From a virus (taxonomy: Duplodnaviria; Caudoviricetes), in the IMG/VR virus record IMGVR_UViG_2974625740_000001, positions 1 to 64,000 of that record: a stretch of 64,000 nucleotides of DNA, one strand, 5' to 3'. Made by a program: the position numbers and the translations under genes. The notes under the pieces are model-generated. The model was not told the origin of the DNA. It saw nothing but the letters and a program-made list of their open reading frames with translations, and did not search any database. Below are positions 28,863-37,838 of this stretch, one piece after another. Position 1 is the stretch's first letter, and every line of letters begins with the position of its first letter.

Positions 28863-29399
28863 ATGCCACTCAGTGAGGCCGCGAGGGCGTTGTTCCCTTG
28901 GACCGACGAGAGCCGCCACGCCTGCACCGAGGTCATCGTGGAGGGCAACACCTTTCGGTGCCCGTGCCGCTGTGGCTACCGGGGCAAGCAGGTGACATCG
29001 AGCCCGTCGCACGCGTTCAACGCTACGAAGGTACACGCCGAGAATGAGAACCGACGCGAGGGCGACGGTGGCCAGAAGGTCGAGGGGGACCAGTACCAGA
29101 ACAACGGCGAGCCCCCGCGCGCCGTCCGGCGGGCAGCCACCGCCGCGAGTACCCCGTCCCGGCCCGGGACGGCCCCACGGAGGGCCTCCCAGGGTACGCC
29201 GGGCACTCCGTGCGGGTGCGGGTGCGGGGAGCCCTCCGGTGGCCTCTTCCGGCCCGGACACGACTCGAAGTTGCTGAGCCGCCTGCTCAACGAGGTCAGG
29301 TCCGGTGCCAAGACCCTGGCCGACGCACACGCCGAGATGACCACCATCGGCACCAGCGAGGTGCTCAAGGAGAAGCTGGCCAAGAAGGTGGCGGCATGA
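28863..29399 (+). CDS. Cys-rich hypothetical protein
   Basis: CPCRCG and CGCGCGEPSGGLFRPGHDSKLLSRL motifs; GGAGG RBS. Confidence 0.55.
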   Translation: MPLSEAARALFPWTDESRHACTEVIVEGNTFRCPCRCGYRGKQVTSSPSHAFNATKVHAENENRREGDGGQKVEGDQYQNNGEPPRAVRRAATAASTPSRPGTAPRRASQGTPGTPCGCGCGEPSGGLFRPGHDSKLLSRLLNEVRSGAKTLADAHAEMTTIGTSEVLKEKLAKKVAA

Positions 29400-29623
29400 C
29401 CGACCTGACGCCGGACGAGATCACGCTGGTTCAGTTCGAGAACACCAAGGAGAACCTGATCAGCCAGATGGTCGTGTACGGAATCGACCGTGACCAGGCT
29501 CGCATCCAGGTCGAGGGCCTGGTCACGTGGACCATGCGAGCGAAGGAGGCCATCGACCGTGCCGTATCGGAAGGAAAAGCGGGGGTCCAAATGGGTCGTC
29601 GTCAAGATCAAGAAGGCACCTGA
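29396..29623 (+). CDS. Hypothetical protein
   Basis: ATGA overlap; codon bias. Confidence 0.5.
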   Translation: MTDLTPDEITLVQFENTKENLISQMVVYGIDRDQARIQVEGLVTWTMRAKEAIDRAVSEGKAGVQMGRRQDQEGT

Positions 29624-29720
29624 CGAGACCGAGTCGACCGAGGTGGTCGGCAAGCACGACACCGAGGACGAGGCCAAGAAGCAGCTGGCCGCCCTCAAAA
29701 TCAACGTGGAGGACGCGTAA
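29559..29720 (+). CDS. Small hypothetical protein
   Basis: MPYRKEKRGSKWVVVK...VVGKHDTEDEAKKQLAAL pattern common in small phage proteins; TAATG coupling to next gene. Confidence 0.5.
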   Translation: MPYRKEKRGSKWVVVKIKKAPDETESTEVVGKHDTEDEAKKQLAALKINVEDA

Positions 29721-30685
29721 TGCTCAGAGCCGTTGACACGGTCGCTGGCAGGCCCGGGGCCATCGTCATCAGCTACTCCGAGTTGGACACGTTCAAGCAG
29801 TGTCCGCACAAACACGACCTCGGGTACGTCCAGCGGTGGACGCAACCCAAGGACGAACGCACTGCCGCCGGTCGCGGCACGATGTGGCACAAGATCCTCG
29901 ACTCGCACTACACCGCCTTGAAACACGGGGGCGGCAAGCGCGAGGTCGCGACCGCCGTGGCGGAGCGTGTCCAGGACTTCCGCAACGTCGGCAAGGACCC
30001 GGACGTCATCGACCTCCTCATGTGGATGTACGAGGGGTATCTGGAGAAGTGGGGGCTCGACGAGGAATGGGAGATCCTCAAGGTCGAGTACAAGACCATC
30101 GTCCCCCTGAAGTACCGGAACGGCAAGCTGTCCCGGTTCGACCTCAAGATGGTCATCGACCTGGTCGTGCGCGACCGGCGCACGGGAAAGGTGTGGCTGA
30201 TCGACCACAAGTCACACGCGGCTCTGCCCAAAGAGCGCGAGCTGGAGCTGGATGACCAGTTCGGCCTCTACACGTGGGGTCTGCGCGAGCTGGGTCACAA
30301 GGTGTTCGGTGCGATCTACAACACCGCCCGAACTCAACGCAACAAGGGTGACTATCCCGAGGTCATCCGCGAGTGGGAGATCAAGAAGGCGAACGGCCAG
30401 ACCAAGGCCGCGCGCCCGGTGCCGCAGGACCTCGACGCCCGATTCGACCGGTACCTCATGTCGAGGACGCCGATCGAGGTCGAGAACATCGCCCAGGACG
30501 CCCTCGCCACGGCGCGTTCGATGTACTCCAGGGAGAACCGCCGGGAGCGGCACACCAACAACGACACGTGCAAGTGGAAGTGCGATTTCACTGAAGCGTG
30601 CCTGCTCGGCCGGAAGACCGACGACGCCCGTGAACTCCAGTTCCTCAAGGACACGGGTTTCGCCCAGGACTTCACCCGGCACTGA
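29720..30685 (+). CDS. Cas4/RecB-like PD-(D/E)XK exonuclease
   Basis: SYSELDTFKQCP, IDLVV and LIDHKS nuclease motifs; C-terminal CKWKCDFTEAC (four-Cys Fe-S pattern). Confidence 0.85.
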   Translation: MLRAVDTVAGRPGAIVISYSELDTFKQCPHKHDLGYVQRWTQPKDERTAAGRGTMWHKILDSHYTALKHGGGKREVATAVAERVQDFRNVGKDPDVIDLLMWMYEGYLEKWGLDEEWEILKVEYKTIVPLKYRNGKLSRFDLKMVIDLVVRDRRTGKVWLIDHKSHAALPKERELELDDQFGLYTWGLRELGHKVFGAIYNTARTQRNKGDYPEVIREWEIKKANGQTKAARPVPQDLDARFDRYLMSRTPIEVENIAQDALATARSMYSRENRRERHTNNDTCKWKCDFTEACLLGRKTDDARELQFLKDTGFAQDFTRH

Positions 30686-30830
30686 ACGTTGAGGCATCTG
30701 AGGCCCGGACCACCACCCGCGTGGCACCGGGCCTCAGATGTATCGGGTGCCACATACACAGGGCTTGTCTCTGGCGCAAGCCACATGGTACAATCTTGTA
30801 CGATGTGGTAGCAACCAGGGAGGTGGCGCA

Positions 30831-31100
30831 ATGGACCGCAGGGTCTGGCGCGCAAGGGCCCAGGGTGGATACACCCGGGTGTTCGAGATCGTCAACGGGG
30901 CGGAGAGGTCGCCCGAGATCGCCGTCAACAAAAAGGTCTTCGGCGAGCAGATCGCCCGTAAGCTCAACGAGGCTTACGCGTGGGGGGTGGCGGATTCCAA
31001 GGCCGACCATGAGCGCGAGGCGAAGATCAAAATCGCCGAGCTGCTCAAGGAGATGGGCCACGACAAGGCCGCCGACCTGGTGCGACAGGCCCCGATCTAG
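30831..31100 (+). CDS. Hypothetical protein
   Basis: GGAGG RBS; follows promoter at 30763. Confidence 0.6.
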   Translation: MDRRVWRARAQGGYTRVFEIVNGAERSPEIAVNKKVFGEQIARKLNEAYAWGVADSKADHEREAKIKIAELLKEMGHDKAADLVRQAPI

Positions 31101-31227
31101 GGGGCTTGCGTGGGGGACAACCCCCATGCTACGATGGTTCTGCCAGCCGGGGAGAGCGTCCCCCCGTCGCCCCCCGGCTGGTGCAGAGGGCAGGTCCCCT
31201 AACCCCCCCGGGGGACCTGCCCGTCAA

Positions 31228-31299
31228 GCCCGGTTAGTGTAATTGGTAGCACGCGGTCCTCTCAAGGCCGTAGCGCGGGTTCGAATCCCGTACTGGGTA
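31228..31299 (+). tRNA. tRNA-Glu (anticodon CUC), CCA not encoded
   Basis: Acceptor GCCCGGT/ACTGGGT; D arm GTGT/GCAC; anticodon arm CGGTC-CTCTCAA-GGCCG; T arm GCGGG-TTCGAAT-CCCGT. Confidence 0.8.
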
Positions 31300-31431
31300 C
31301 TGGGGCGGTGGCGGAATGCTCGCTGAGCATCGACACCCAAACAGAGGTGCGGCAGACGACAGGCCGCCACCATCCCCGGTCGTCACACGTCACGTGACAG
31401 GGAAGTGAACCTCAACGACGGGAATAGCAAG

Positions 31432-32076
31432 ATGCCTTTGAGCATGATGAAGGACACGCCGACCGCTGGCGGTAAGTGGCGGTTCCTGCTGAACTGGGAC
31501 CAGAAGGTCGGCAAGCAGTCCCGAGCCGCACGGATGGCGGCCAGGGCGACCGGCGGCAAGGTCAACATCGGTGGCAAGCCGCAGGAGTCCGACGTGGACA
31601 TCTGGGCGACCTTCTACCGCGACGGCCAGCCCAAGCGCACGGTCGTCGGCTGGAACCCGAACGCCGTCCCCGGTGCGGGACACACGGGCGACAACCAGAC
31701 CGGTGCGGGCGACGACGACGAGGCCGTCAGCATCGACTTCGACTCGGTTCCCGCGTGGGTGACCGAGGTCGTCGTGGGCGTCAGCACCAAGCCGAACGGC
31801 TCCTTCGGCGATGCCATGAACGTGGGCGTCAAGGTGTTCGAGAACGGCACCGAGGTCGACGAGCTGATGCCGACCTTGGGTGCCAACGAGAACATCGCCG
31901 TCACGCTGCTGGCCACGCGCAACAAGGACGGCGACGGAAACGTCCTCGACGGCTGGCAGATCCGCGTGCTCGACTCGGCCGGTCGCTACCAGGCCCAGCA
32001 GCAGCAGGGGCAGTCGGCCAGCGACGCCGCCGACGCGGGCATCCTGTCGTTCGCGAAGTCCCGCGCGGGCTTCTAG
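31432..32076 (+). CDS. terD: TerD-family protein
   Basis: DVDIWA, HTGDNQTGAGDDDEAVSIDFDSVP and SFGDAMN motifs. Confidence 0.8.
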   Translation: MPLSMMKDTPTAGGKWRFLLNWDQKVGKQSRAARMAARATGGKVNIGGKPQESDVDIWATFYRDGQPKRTVVGWNPNAVPGAGHTGDNQTGAGDDDEAVSIDFDSVPAWVTEVVVGVSTKPNGSFGDAMNVGVKVFENGTEVDELMPTLGANENIAVTLLATRNKDGDGNVLDGWQIRVLDSAGRYQAQQQQGQSASDAADAGILSFAKSRAGF

Positions 32077-32142
32077 TACAACCAGCGGGCCGGACGCCTA
32101 AGGCTACGCGCGCTTGACCCCCGGGCGCGTTACGAAACCATG

Positions 32143-32349
32143 GCGGGTAACAGTCAGTATTGCGAGTTAAGTCCGGATGAGGGTGGGGTAGCCCTCACAA
32201 ACTCCCGAGACGACCCGTGAGTGGTCGACCCTCGGGGCATACGGCCCGGGGCCGAACGTGGGTGTCTGTCATACGCTCTATCGCCGCCTGTTTGAGCGGC
32301 AACGTTCGGTGGAGGTGAAGGCCCGGTAGTGGGAGGGAAACCCACACCT
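32143..32349 (+). ncRNA. Candidate structured non-coding RNA
   Basis: Intergenic with nested stems: GAGGG/CCCTC, CGACC/GGTCG, CCGAACGT/ACGTTCGG, GCCGC/GCGGC, GTGGG/CCCAC. Confidence 0.4.
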
Positions 32350-32430
32350 GTCGATGGACGCCCAGGGTGGGCGACGCAGCTAACTGGCTCCGGCTGCGGG
32401 TAGCGGGTTCGAACCCCGTCATCGGCTCCA
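32350..32430 (+). tRNA. tRNA-like element with enlarged anticodon loop and encoded CCA
   Basis: Acceptor GTCGATG/CATCGGC + U + CCA; D arm CGCCC/GGGCG; stem CGCAGC/GCTGCG closing a 12-nt loop; T arm GCGGG-TTCGAAC-CCCGT. Confidence 0.6.
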
Positions 32431-32491
32431 GGGCGCGAGCAGGCCCGACCATCCGGTCGAATTGCTCATAGAGTGGAAACGGAGTAGCTTA

Positions 32492-33436
32492 ATGGCGAAG
32501 TTGCAATCCCTGGAGGACTCGGAAGAGTTCGTCAACGTGCTGTACTACGGGGAACCGGGGTCGGGCAAGACCACGGACGCCGCGAGCATGGCCAAGCTCG
32601 GTACCATCGTCTACATCGACGCCGAGGCCGGTCTGAAGCGCCAGCCGATGCAGCGTCTGAAGATCCCCACCACCCGCATCCTCCAGTACAAGGTGGAGAC
32701 GTTCGACGACCTCCAGAGCCTGTACTGGCAGCTCAAGGCCAAGATCGAGAAGCAGCGCGAGGAGCGCGAAGCGGCCGAGGCCGCCGGTACGCCCCTGAGC
32801 GAGGAGGAGCTGGCCAAGCACATCATCGGCGTCGTGTTCGACTCGATGACCGAGATCCAGAAGAAGCTCCTGGAGGGCATCACCAACGCGCGCTTCGAGA
32901 AGTCCAAGGCGCAGGCCGAGCGCGCGGGCATGGTGAACCAGGACGACCCGTTCGCCACGGACCGGGACGAGTGGGGCAAGATGACCGAGATGTGTCGTCG
33001 CGTCACCCGCCAGTTCCGCGACCTCGAATGCCACACGGCGTTCGTCTGCCTCGACCGGCGCGAGGTCGACAAGGAGGCCACCGAGGGCGGCGTGTTCTAC
33101 CGTCCCGCGCTGACCCCCGCGTTCTCGACGGACCTCATGGGGTACGTCGACGTGGTGATCTACACCGGTCGCGAGGAGGTCGACGACCTCAAGGACGAGT
33201 CCCAGTTCGTCGGCACCACGGTGGCCACGGGCAAGTACCGAGGCAAGGACCGGTACGGTGTCCTGCCGCCCGCGTTCCCCAACCCCACGTTCGATCGGGT
33301 CGTGAAGTTCGTCCGCGAGGCCGACGCCGACGACCCGCAGGCGTGGGCCCTGGAGGACGAGTTCGTTCGACGTCGGCTGATTCGCATCGGCGAATTGCCC
33401 GACCCCAAGGCCGAGGCCGCTGACGTCGGTCTCTGA
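32492..33436 (+). CDS. AAA ATPase, Sak4-like recombinase
   Basis: YYGEPGSGKTT, IDAEAG and VVFDSMTE motifs; lies between exonuclease and SSB. Confidence 0.8.
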   Translation: MAKLQSLEDSEEFVNVLYYGEPGSGKTTDAASMAKLGTIVYIDAEAGLKRQPMQRLKIPTTRILQYKVETFDDLQSLYWQLKAKIEKQREEREAAEAAGTPLSEEELAKHIIGVVFDSMTEIQKKLLEGITNARFEKSKAQAERAGMVNQDDPFATDRDEWGKMTEMCRRVTRQFRDLECHTAFVCLDRREVDKEATEGGVFYRPALTPAFSTDLMGYVDVVIYTGREEVDDLKDESQFVGTTVATGKYRGKDRYGVLPPAFPNPTFDRVVKFVREADADDPQAWALEDEFVRRRLIRIGELPDPKAEAADVGL

Positions 33437-33633
33437 ACCGCCAAGGTTCACAGGCGCAAACACCCTACTTGCGCCAGGAACAACCCCCATGGTAGGGTAG
33501 TCACAGACGGGGCGGGCCGGACCGCACGGATCACGTGAGTTTCGACCCGCCCCAGCAACACCGGCGATGCCCAGTCGTCACGGGGCAGGGATAACATCAA
33601 CCGCAGTACCAGACGAAAGCAAGAGGTGGCGTA

Positions 33634-34110
33634 ATGCCGAAGCTCGACGACAAGAAGGCCGCAGCGGTCGACCAGGCCGAGGACGGTTTCAAGCCGGTCC
33701 CCGAGGGCGTCTACATCGTCCAGCTCATGGAGGACGTGGACGTCAAGGAGGGTGACAAGGGCACGTACTGGCGCTGGACGTTCGAGGTCCCGAAGGAGCA
33801 CGACGGCAAGGAGCTGGACCACGCCGGTCGCCGCTTCTGGACGAACACGTCGCTCTCCGAGGCCGCGTTCTTCAAGCTGAAGGAGACGTTCGGCGCGTTC
33901 GGCGTCCCGACCAACACCGACACCGCCGAGCTGGTCGGCCGCAAGGTCAAGGCCCTGATCACCCAGCGGACCATCCAGGGCGGCCAGCGCAAGGGCGAGA
34001 TCGGCAACGAGATCTCGAAGCTCCTGCCGCTCTCGCACGACGAGTCGGCCGAGGCCGAGAAGGTCGCCGAGGCCGCCAAGAGCGGCAGCAGCGAAGAGCC
34101 GCTGTTCTGA
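33634..34110 (+). CDS. ssDNA-binding protein (DUF669-like)
   Basis: FKPVPEGVY, YWRWTFEV and DTAELVGRKVKA; acidic tail ending PLF. Confidence 0.75.
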   Translation: MPKLDDKKAAAVDQAEDGFKPVPEGVYIVQLMEDVDVKEGDKGTYWRWTFEVPKEHDGKELDHAGRRFWTNTSLSEAAFFKLKETFGAFGVPTNTDTAELVGRKVKALITQRTIQGGQRKGEIGNEISKLLPLSHDESAEAEKVAEAAKSGSSEEPLF

Positions 34111-34138
34111 TCGACCGCCACCGCACAACCCGCTGAAG

Positions 34139-34173
34139 CCGACCCCCGCCACCGCCCCCGGTGCGGGGGTCGG
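34139..34173 (+). terminator. Terminator-like hairpin after SSB
   Basis: CCGACCCCCGC / GCGGGGGTCGG stem. Confidence 0.6.
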
Positions 34174-34193
34174 TTCGTCTAAGGAGCCAGCAA

Positions 34194-36686
34194 ATGACAA
34201 CAACCGCTGAGGGCGTCGCGATTCGCGACGTTTGGGCGGAATACTCCGGGCAGGGTCTGGAGGTGTTCCCCCTCAAGCGTGGTGGTAAGAACCCCGGCAC
34301 CGACTTTGGTATCAAGTGGCTGCAAGACTGGCTGAAGCCGGGTCGCCGGACGTACCCGGACCTGTGCGACGTCTACGAAACCGGAACGTACGGCCTGTGG
34401 CTGGCGACCGGCCAGGTGTCCAAGCGCGTCGTCCTCGACCTGGACCGGCCGGAGGCCGAGGTCTACTGGCGCAAGCAGCTCGGTGAGGTCATCTTCGACC
34501 GAGCGCTGAAGGTCAAGACGCGCAAGGGCCACCACCTGCACTTCAGGATTCGCGACGACGACAACCGCGCGTGGGAGTCGCACAGCGAGGAATCCGAGAT
34601 CGGGTACGACTTCCGTGCGGACGGCACGGGCGTCGTGATGCCGCCCTCGGTCCACGCAACTGGGGTGATTTACGAGTGGGTCGGTGGCGAGCTGATGGAC
34701 GCCCCCGATTCTCTTCGCAAGGAGAACCAGCCCAAGCAGGTGCAGGCCAGGCAGTCGGGACGAAACTCCGCTGCCTCGACGCTGGCCGACCTGCTGGCGC
34801 TGCCGCCGGACGATCCCGGACGCGGGAACAACTGGCTTGCACGGGTGGCGGGACACATCGCGAAGATGTGCAAAGGCCGCTACTACGACCGTTACGTCGG
34901 GCTCCTTCAAAACATCAACTGGGCCAGCGATGACCCGATTGACGAAGGGGACTTCATGAAGACGGTTGAGTCGATCTGGGCCAGCGAGTCCGGCCGGACC
35001 GAATCCCACAGCCAGGACAACGGTTGGCTGATCGGAGACGGCGAGCGGCTGCACACCCTGGTCGAGATCGGGTCGGGCGACGAGAAGAAGCTGGTCGCTC
35101 AGGAGTGGGCCGACTTCGACATCCGGGTCCGGTCGATCACCCGCGCGGCCGACGACACGATGGTCTACACGGTCGACCTGCACACGGACGGCCACGTTTA
35201 CGAGGGCGTCCAGCTCGACCCTGCCATCTTCTCGACCGACTCCAAGCTCACGCAGTGGCTGGCGGTCCGGGGCGCGACGATCCTGCCGCCCCCGTTCGAC
35301 AAGTATGCCGGGCACAGCGCACGGGCGCGACTCGCCAAGTACATCAAAAACCAGGAGGCCGCAAGCTCGAACGCCGTTCGTCATCTGGGGTGGAATACCG
35401 AACTCGAAGAGTTCATCGTTCACGAGGGCGTGATCACGCCGGACCGGATCGTGCCGCATGATGGCTCGGTGCCGGACCCGATGCTGACCTCGTGGGCACC
35501 TTACATCTACGGAACCGTGCCGCAGATCGAAGCTATCAACGTCCTGCGCGAGGTGCTGACCTTCCAGGACGAGACCGTCACGTCGGTGTTCGGGTCGTGG
35601 TGGGTCATGACCCAGCTCAAGGGTCGGTTCCAAGCGTCGCAGTTCCCGTTCATGTCGATCGAGGCCCCCTCGGAGTCCGGCAAGACCACGGGTTTCTTCG
35701 CCCTCATGGTCGCCATGGCGGGCAACACGAGCGGCCACGGCCGGTACACCGCCCCCGCGTTCCGCGACGCGCTGGCGGGACACCGGAACGGCATCACCTG
35801 GCTCGACGACATGACCGAGATCAGCGACCTTCAGGACACCATCCGCCAGGTCACGGCCGAGGGCCACACGAGCAAGAAGGGCACCGACCGCCGGGAAACC
35901 GAAACGGTGCAGCTCCTGTGCCCGTTGGTGGTCTCGGGCGAGGGCCTCGGCACGGTGATGTCGGAGAAGGCCATGCGCGACCGGGCCATCTCGCTGGAGG
36001 TCACCAGCCCGAAGGGTCGCCGGTCGTTCAAGGACCCGACGCGCCCTCAGTGGGACGACATCCAGGAGCTGATGGCTCGATACGGTGGCAAGCCGGAGAA
36101 CCTGACGGCGGTGGCGGGGACCCTGGTCAGCCTGATCCAGGCCAGGGCCGACATGCTGGGCGAAATGCGCGCGTTGCGTACCAGCTCGGGCCGACACGGC
36201 GACAAGATGGCGATCATGCGGATGGGAGCCCGGATTCTGGCCGACATCACCGAGGACGCCAGCCACATCGAGCGCGTCGACGCCTGGTGTGCGATGCAGC
36301 AGGACGAAGGATCGATCAACTACGCGATCGGCGAGATCATCCCCTGGTTCCTGCGGTCCAACCTGATCCCGACCAGCGCGCGGGGTCACGTCGCCGCGTA
36401 CTACGACTCGCGGGCTGACACGGTCTGGGTCGCGCCCCAGAAGCTGGCCGACGCGTGGCGAGGTCGCAACGGCCTTACCGCGCGGGAACGCCAGCTCGGG
36501 ACCGAGGACGCCATCCGCCAGGAGCTGAAGGCGAACAGCGTCGACACCCAGGGCAAGCCCAAGTGGACCGACAAGGCGAACGGCCAGAAGTCACGTTACT
36601 GCGCGCTTGAGGGCGCGCTGGCCACGCTGATCATGGACCGAGTCGGCGCGAGCTTCGACGATCCGGAACCTGAGCCGACGGATTAG
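34194..36686 (+). CDS. Bifunctional primase-polymerase fused to P-loop helicase-like domain
   Basis: VVLDLD, TRKGHHLHFR and DFRADG.GVVMPPSVH prim-pol motifs; IEAPSESGKTT Walker A; WLDD. Confidence 0.85.
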   Translation: MTTTAEGVAIRDVWAEYSGQGLEVFPLKRGGKNPGTDFGIKWLQDWLKPGRRTYPDLCDVYETGTYGLWLATGQVSKRVVLDLDRPEAEVYWRKQLGEVIFDRALKVKTRKGHHLHFRIRDDDNRAWESHSEESEIGYDFRADGTGVVMPPSVHATGVIYEWVGGELMDAPDSLRKENQPKQVQARQSGRNSAASTLADLLALPPDDPGRGNNWLARVAGHIAKMCKGRYYDRYVGLLQNINWASDDPIDEGDFMKTVESIWASESGRTESHSQDNGWLIGDGERLHTLVEIGSGDEKKLVAQEWADFDIRVRSITRAADDTMVYTVDLHTDGHVYEGVQLDPAIFSTDSKLTQWLAVRGATILPPPFDKYAGHSARARLAKYIKNQEAASSNAVRHLGWNTELEEFIVHEGVITPDRIVPHDGSVPDPMLTSWAPYIYGTVPQIEAINVLREVLTFQDETVTSVFGSWWVMTQLKGRFQASQFPFMSIEAPSESGKTTGFFALMVAMAGNTSGHGRYTAPAFRDALAGHRNGITWLDDMTEISDLQDTIRQVTAEGHTSKKGTDRRETETVQLLCPLVVSGEGLGTVMSEKAMRDRAISLEVTSPKGRRSFKDPTRPQWDDIQELMARYGGKPENLTAVAGTLVSLIQARADMLGEMRALRTSSGRHGDKMAIMRMGARILADITEDASHIERVDAWCAMQQDEGSINYAIGEIIPWFLRSNLIPTSARGHVAAYYDSRADTVWVAPQKLADAWRGRNGLTARERQLGTEDAIRQELKANSVDTQGKPKWTDKANGQKSRYCALEGALATLIMDRVGASFDDPEPEPTD

Positions 36687-36848
36687 GGACAGCCGCCACC
36701 GCCCCCGGAGCCCCCTTGTGGGCCCGGGGGCGTGGTGTGCCCGGGACGGCCCTCCGTGGGCCACGGGACGGCCTGGAGCCCCCGCCCCGGGCCCCGGTGC
36801 CAGCGCGCCCACGAGAGGCCGCCGGAGGGCCCACGGGAGCCCCCGCCC

Positions 36849-37200
36849 GGGTAACCCCCAGGGGTAACGGCGCAGGGTGTTACCCCCGCCGTTACCCCCC
36901 CTGACCTTAGCAACTCCGAGTAATCACATTTCAGGGGGGTAACACCCGCGAAAGGTGGGGGGTAACGGTCCGAAGAGGGGGTGTCGTTACCCCTACCGTT
37001 ACCCATGAGCCAACCTTTTATTACTGCCGAGTAACCCCCTCTGACCGGCCAGGCTTTTTTCTACAATAATCACACTTTAATAGGGGGGTAACGGGGGTAA
37101 CACCCCCCGGGGGGTGTGGCTCAGGGCGTGTGCCGCTCGACTACTCCCCGTTACCGTTCCCCCATACCTGCGCCGCGCACTCCAGCCGCCGTTACCCCCC
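36849..37200. repeat. Iteron-like GGGGGTAAC array with AT-rich core (putative replication origin)
   Basis: At least 12 GG(G)GTAAC/GTTACC(C) copies in both orientations; AT-rich patch at ~37055-37082; directly after primase gene. Confidence 0.7.
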
Positions 37201-37297
37201 TGTTTGTACCCCCGACAAGCCCTGTGATATGCTACTGCCGTCCGGTGCTCCACAGAAACGGGTGGTTTGATTGACTACGATGTCTTCGGAGGACACG

Positions 37298-37450
37298 ATG
37301 CAACTCGTGCGTCCTCGCTGGGTTCGGCTGAAGCGGGCTCTCGCCTACTTCGTCGACCACGTTATGCCGCCGATGATCGGCGCGTTTGTCGGCCTGTCCA
37401 TCGGCACGGCTCTCTGGCTGCTGGCTCTCCTCTGGTGGCTCAACGCATGA
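37298..37450 (+). CDS. Small membrane protein
   Basis: GGAGG RBS; one TM segment; ATGA overlap with next ORF. Confidence 0.5.
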   Translation: MQLVRPRWVRLKRALAYFVDHVMPPMIGAFVGLSIGTALWLLALLWWLNA

Positions 37451-37701
37451 ACCCCTGGGACGATGAGGACATAACCCCGCACGACCTCGACCAGTGCGCC
37501 TGCCGCCACTCGCGCGACATGCACAACGGCGAGGTCTGTTGGGCCTGTTATGTCATCACGCCGCAGATCCTGGCACCGGCTTACCCCTGGCACGCGTTCC
37601 ACCTCGTCCGGCCCTGGTTGACCCCGGTTCAGACGTCGTCGGCCGCTGCCGACTACACACCGCCGCGCGGGTGGGACCGACCCGCTGTCAATCGTCAATA
37701 G
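37447..37701 (+). CDS. Small Cys/His-rich protein
   Basis: CACRHSRDMH...CWAC motif. Confidence 0.5.
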   Translation: MNPWDDEDITPHDLDQCACRHSRDMHNGEVCWACYVITPQILAPAYPWHAFHLVRPWLTPVQTSSAAADYTPPRGWDRPAVNRQ

Positions 37702-37838
37702 TTGCCGTGGGCGACCCAACGGCGGGGGTGGCGGCGTGCCCCCGGTAGTTGCGCCCGGGGCAAATCCCGTGTTTTACTGGTGGTCCCGCCGGAACCCCGG
37801 CGGGTCCTTCAGACCCAGATAGGTGGGGTGTTCCCCAA

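Noticed and set aside
32143-32430. tmRNA or RNase P RNA
   Set aside because: There is no alanine acceptor end (G3-U70, ACCA) or tag frame. GAGTTAAGTCCGG only loosely resembles the RNase P CR-I motif and no CR-V was found.
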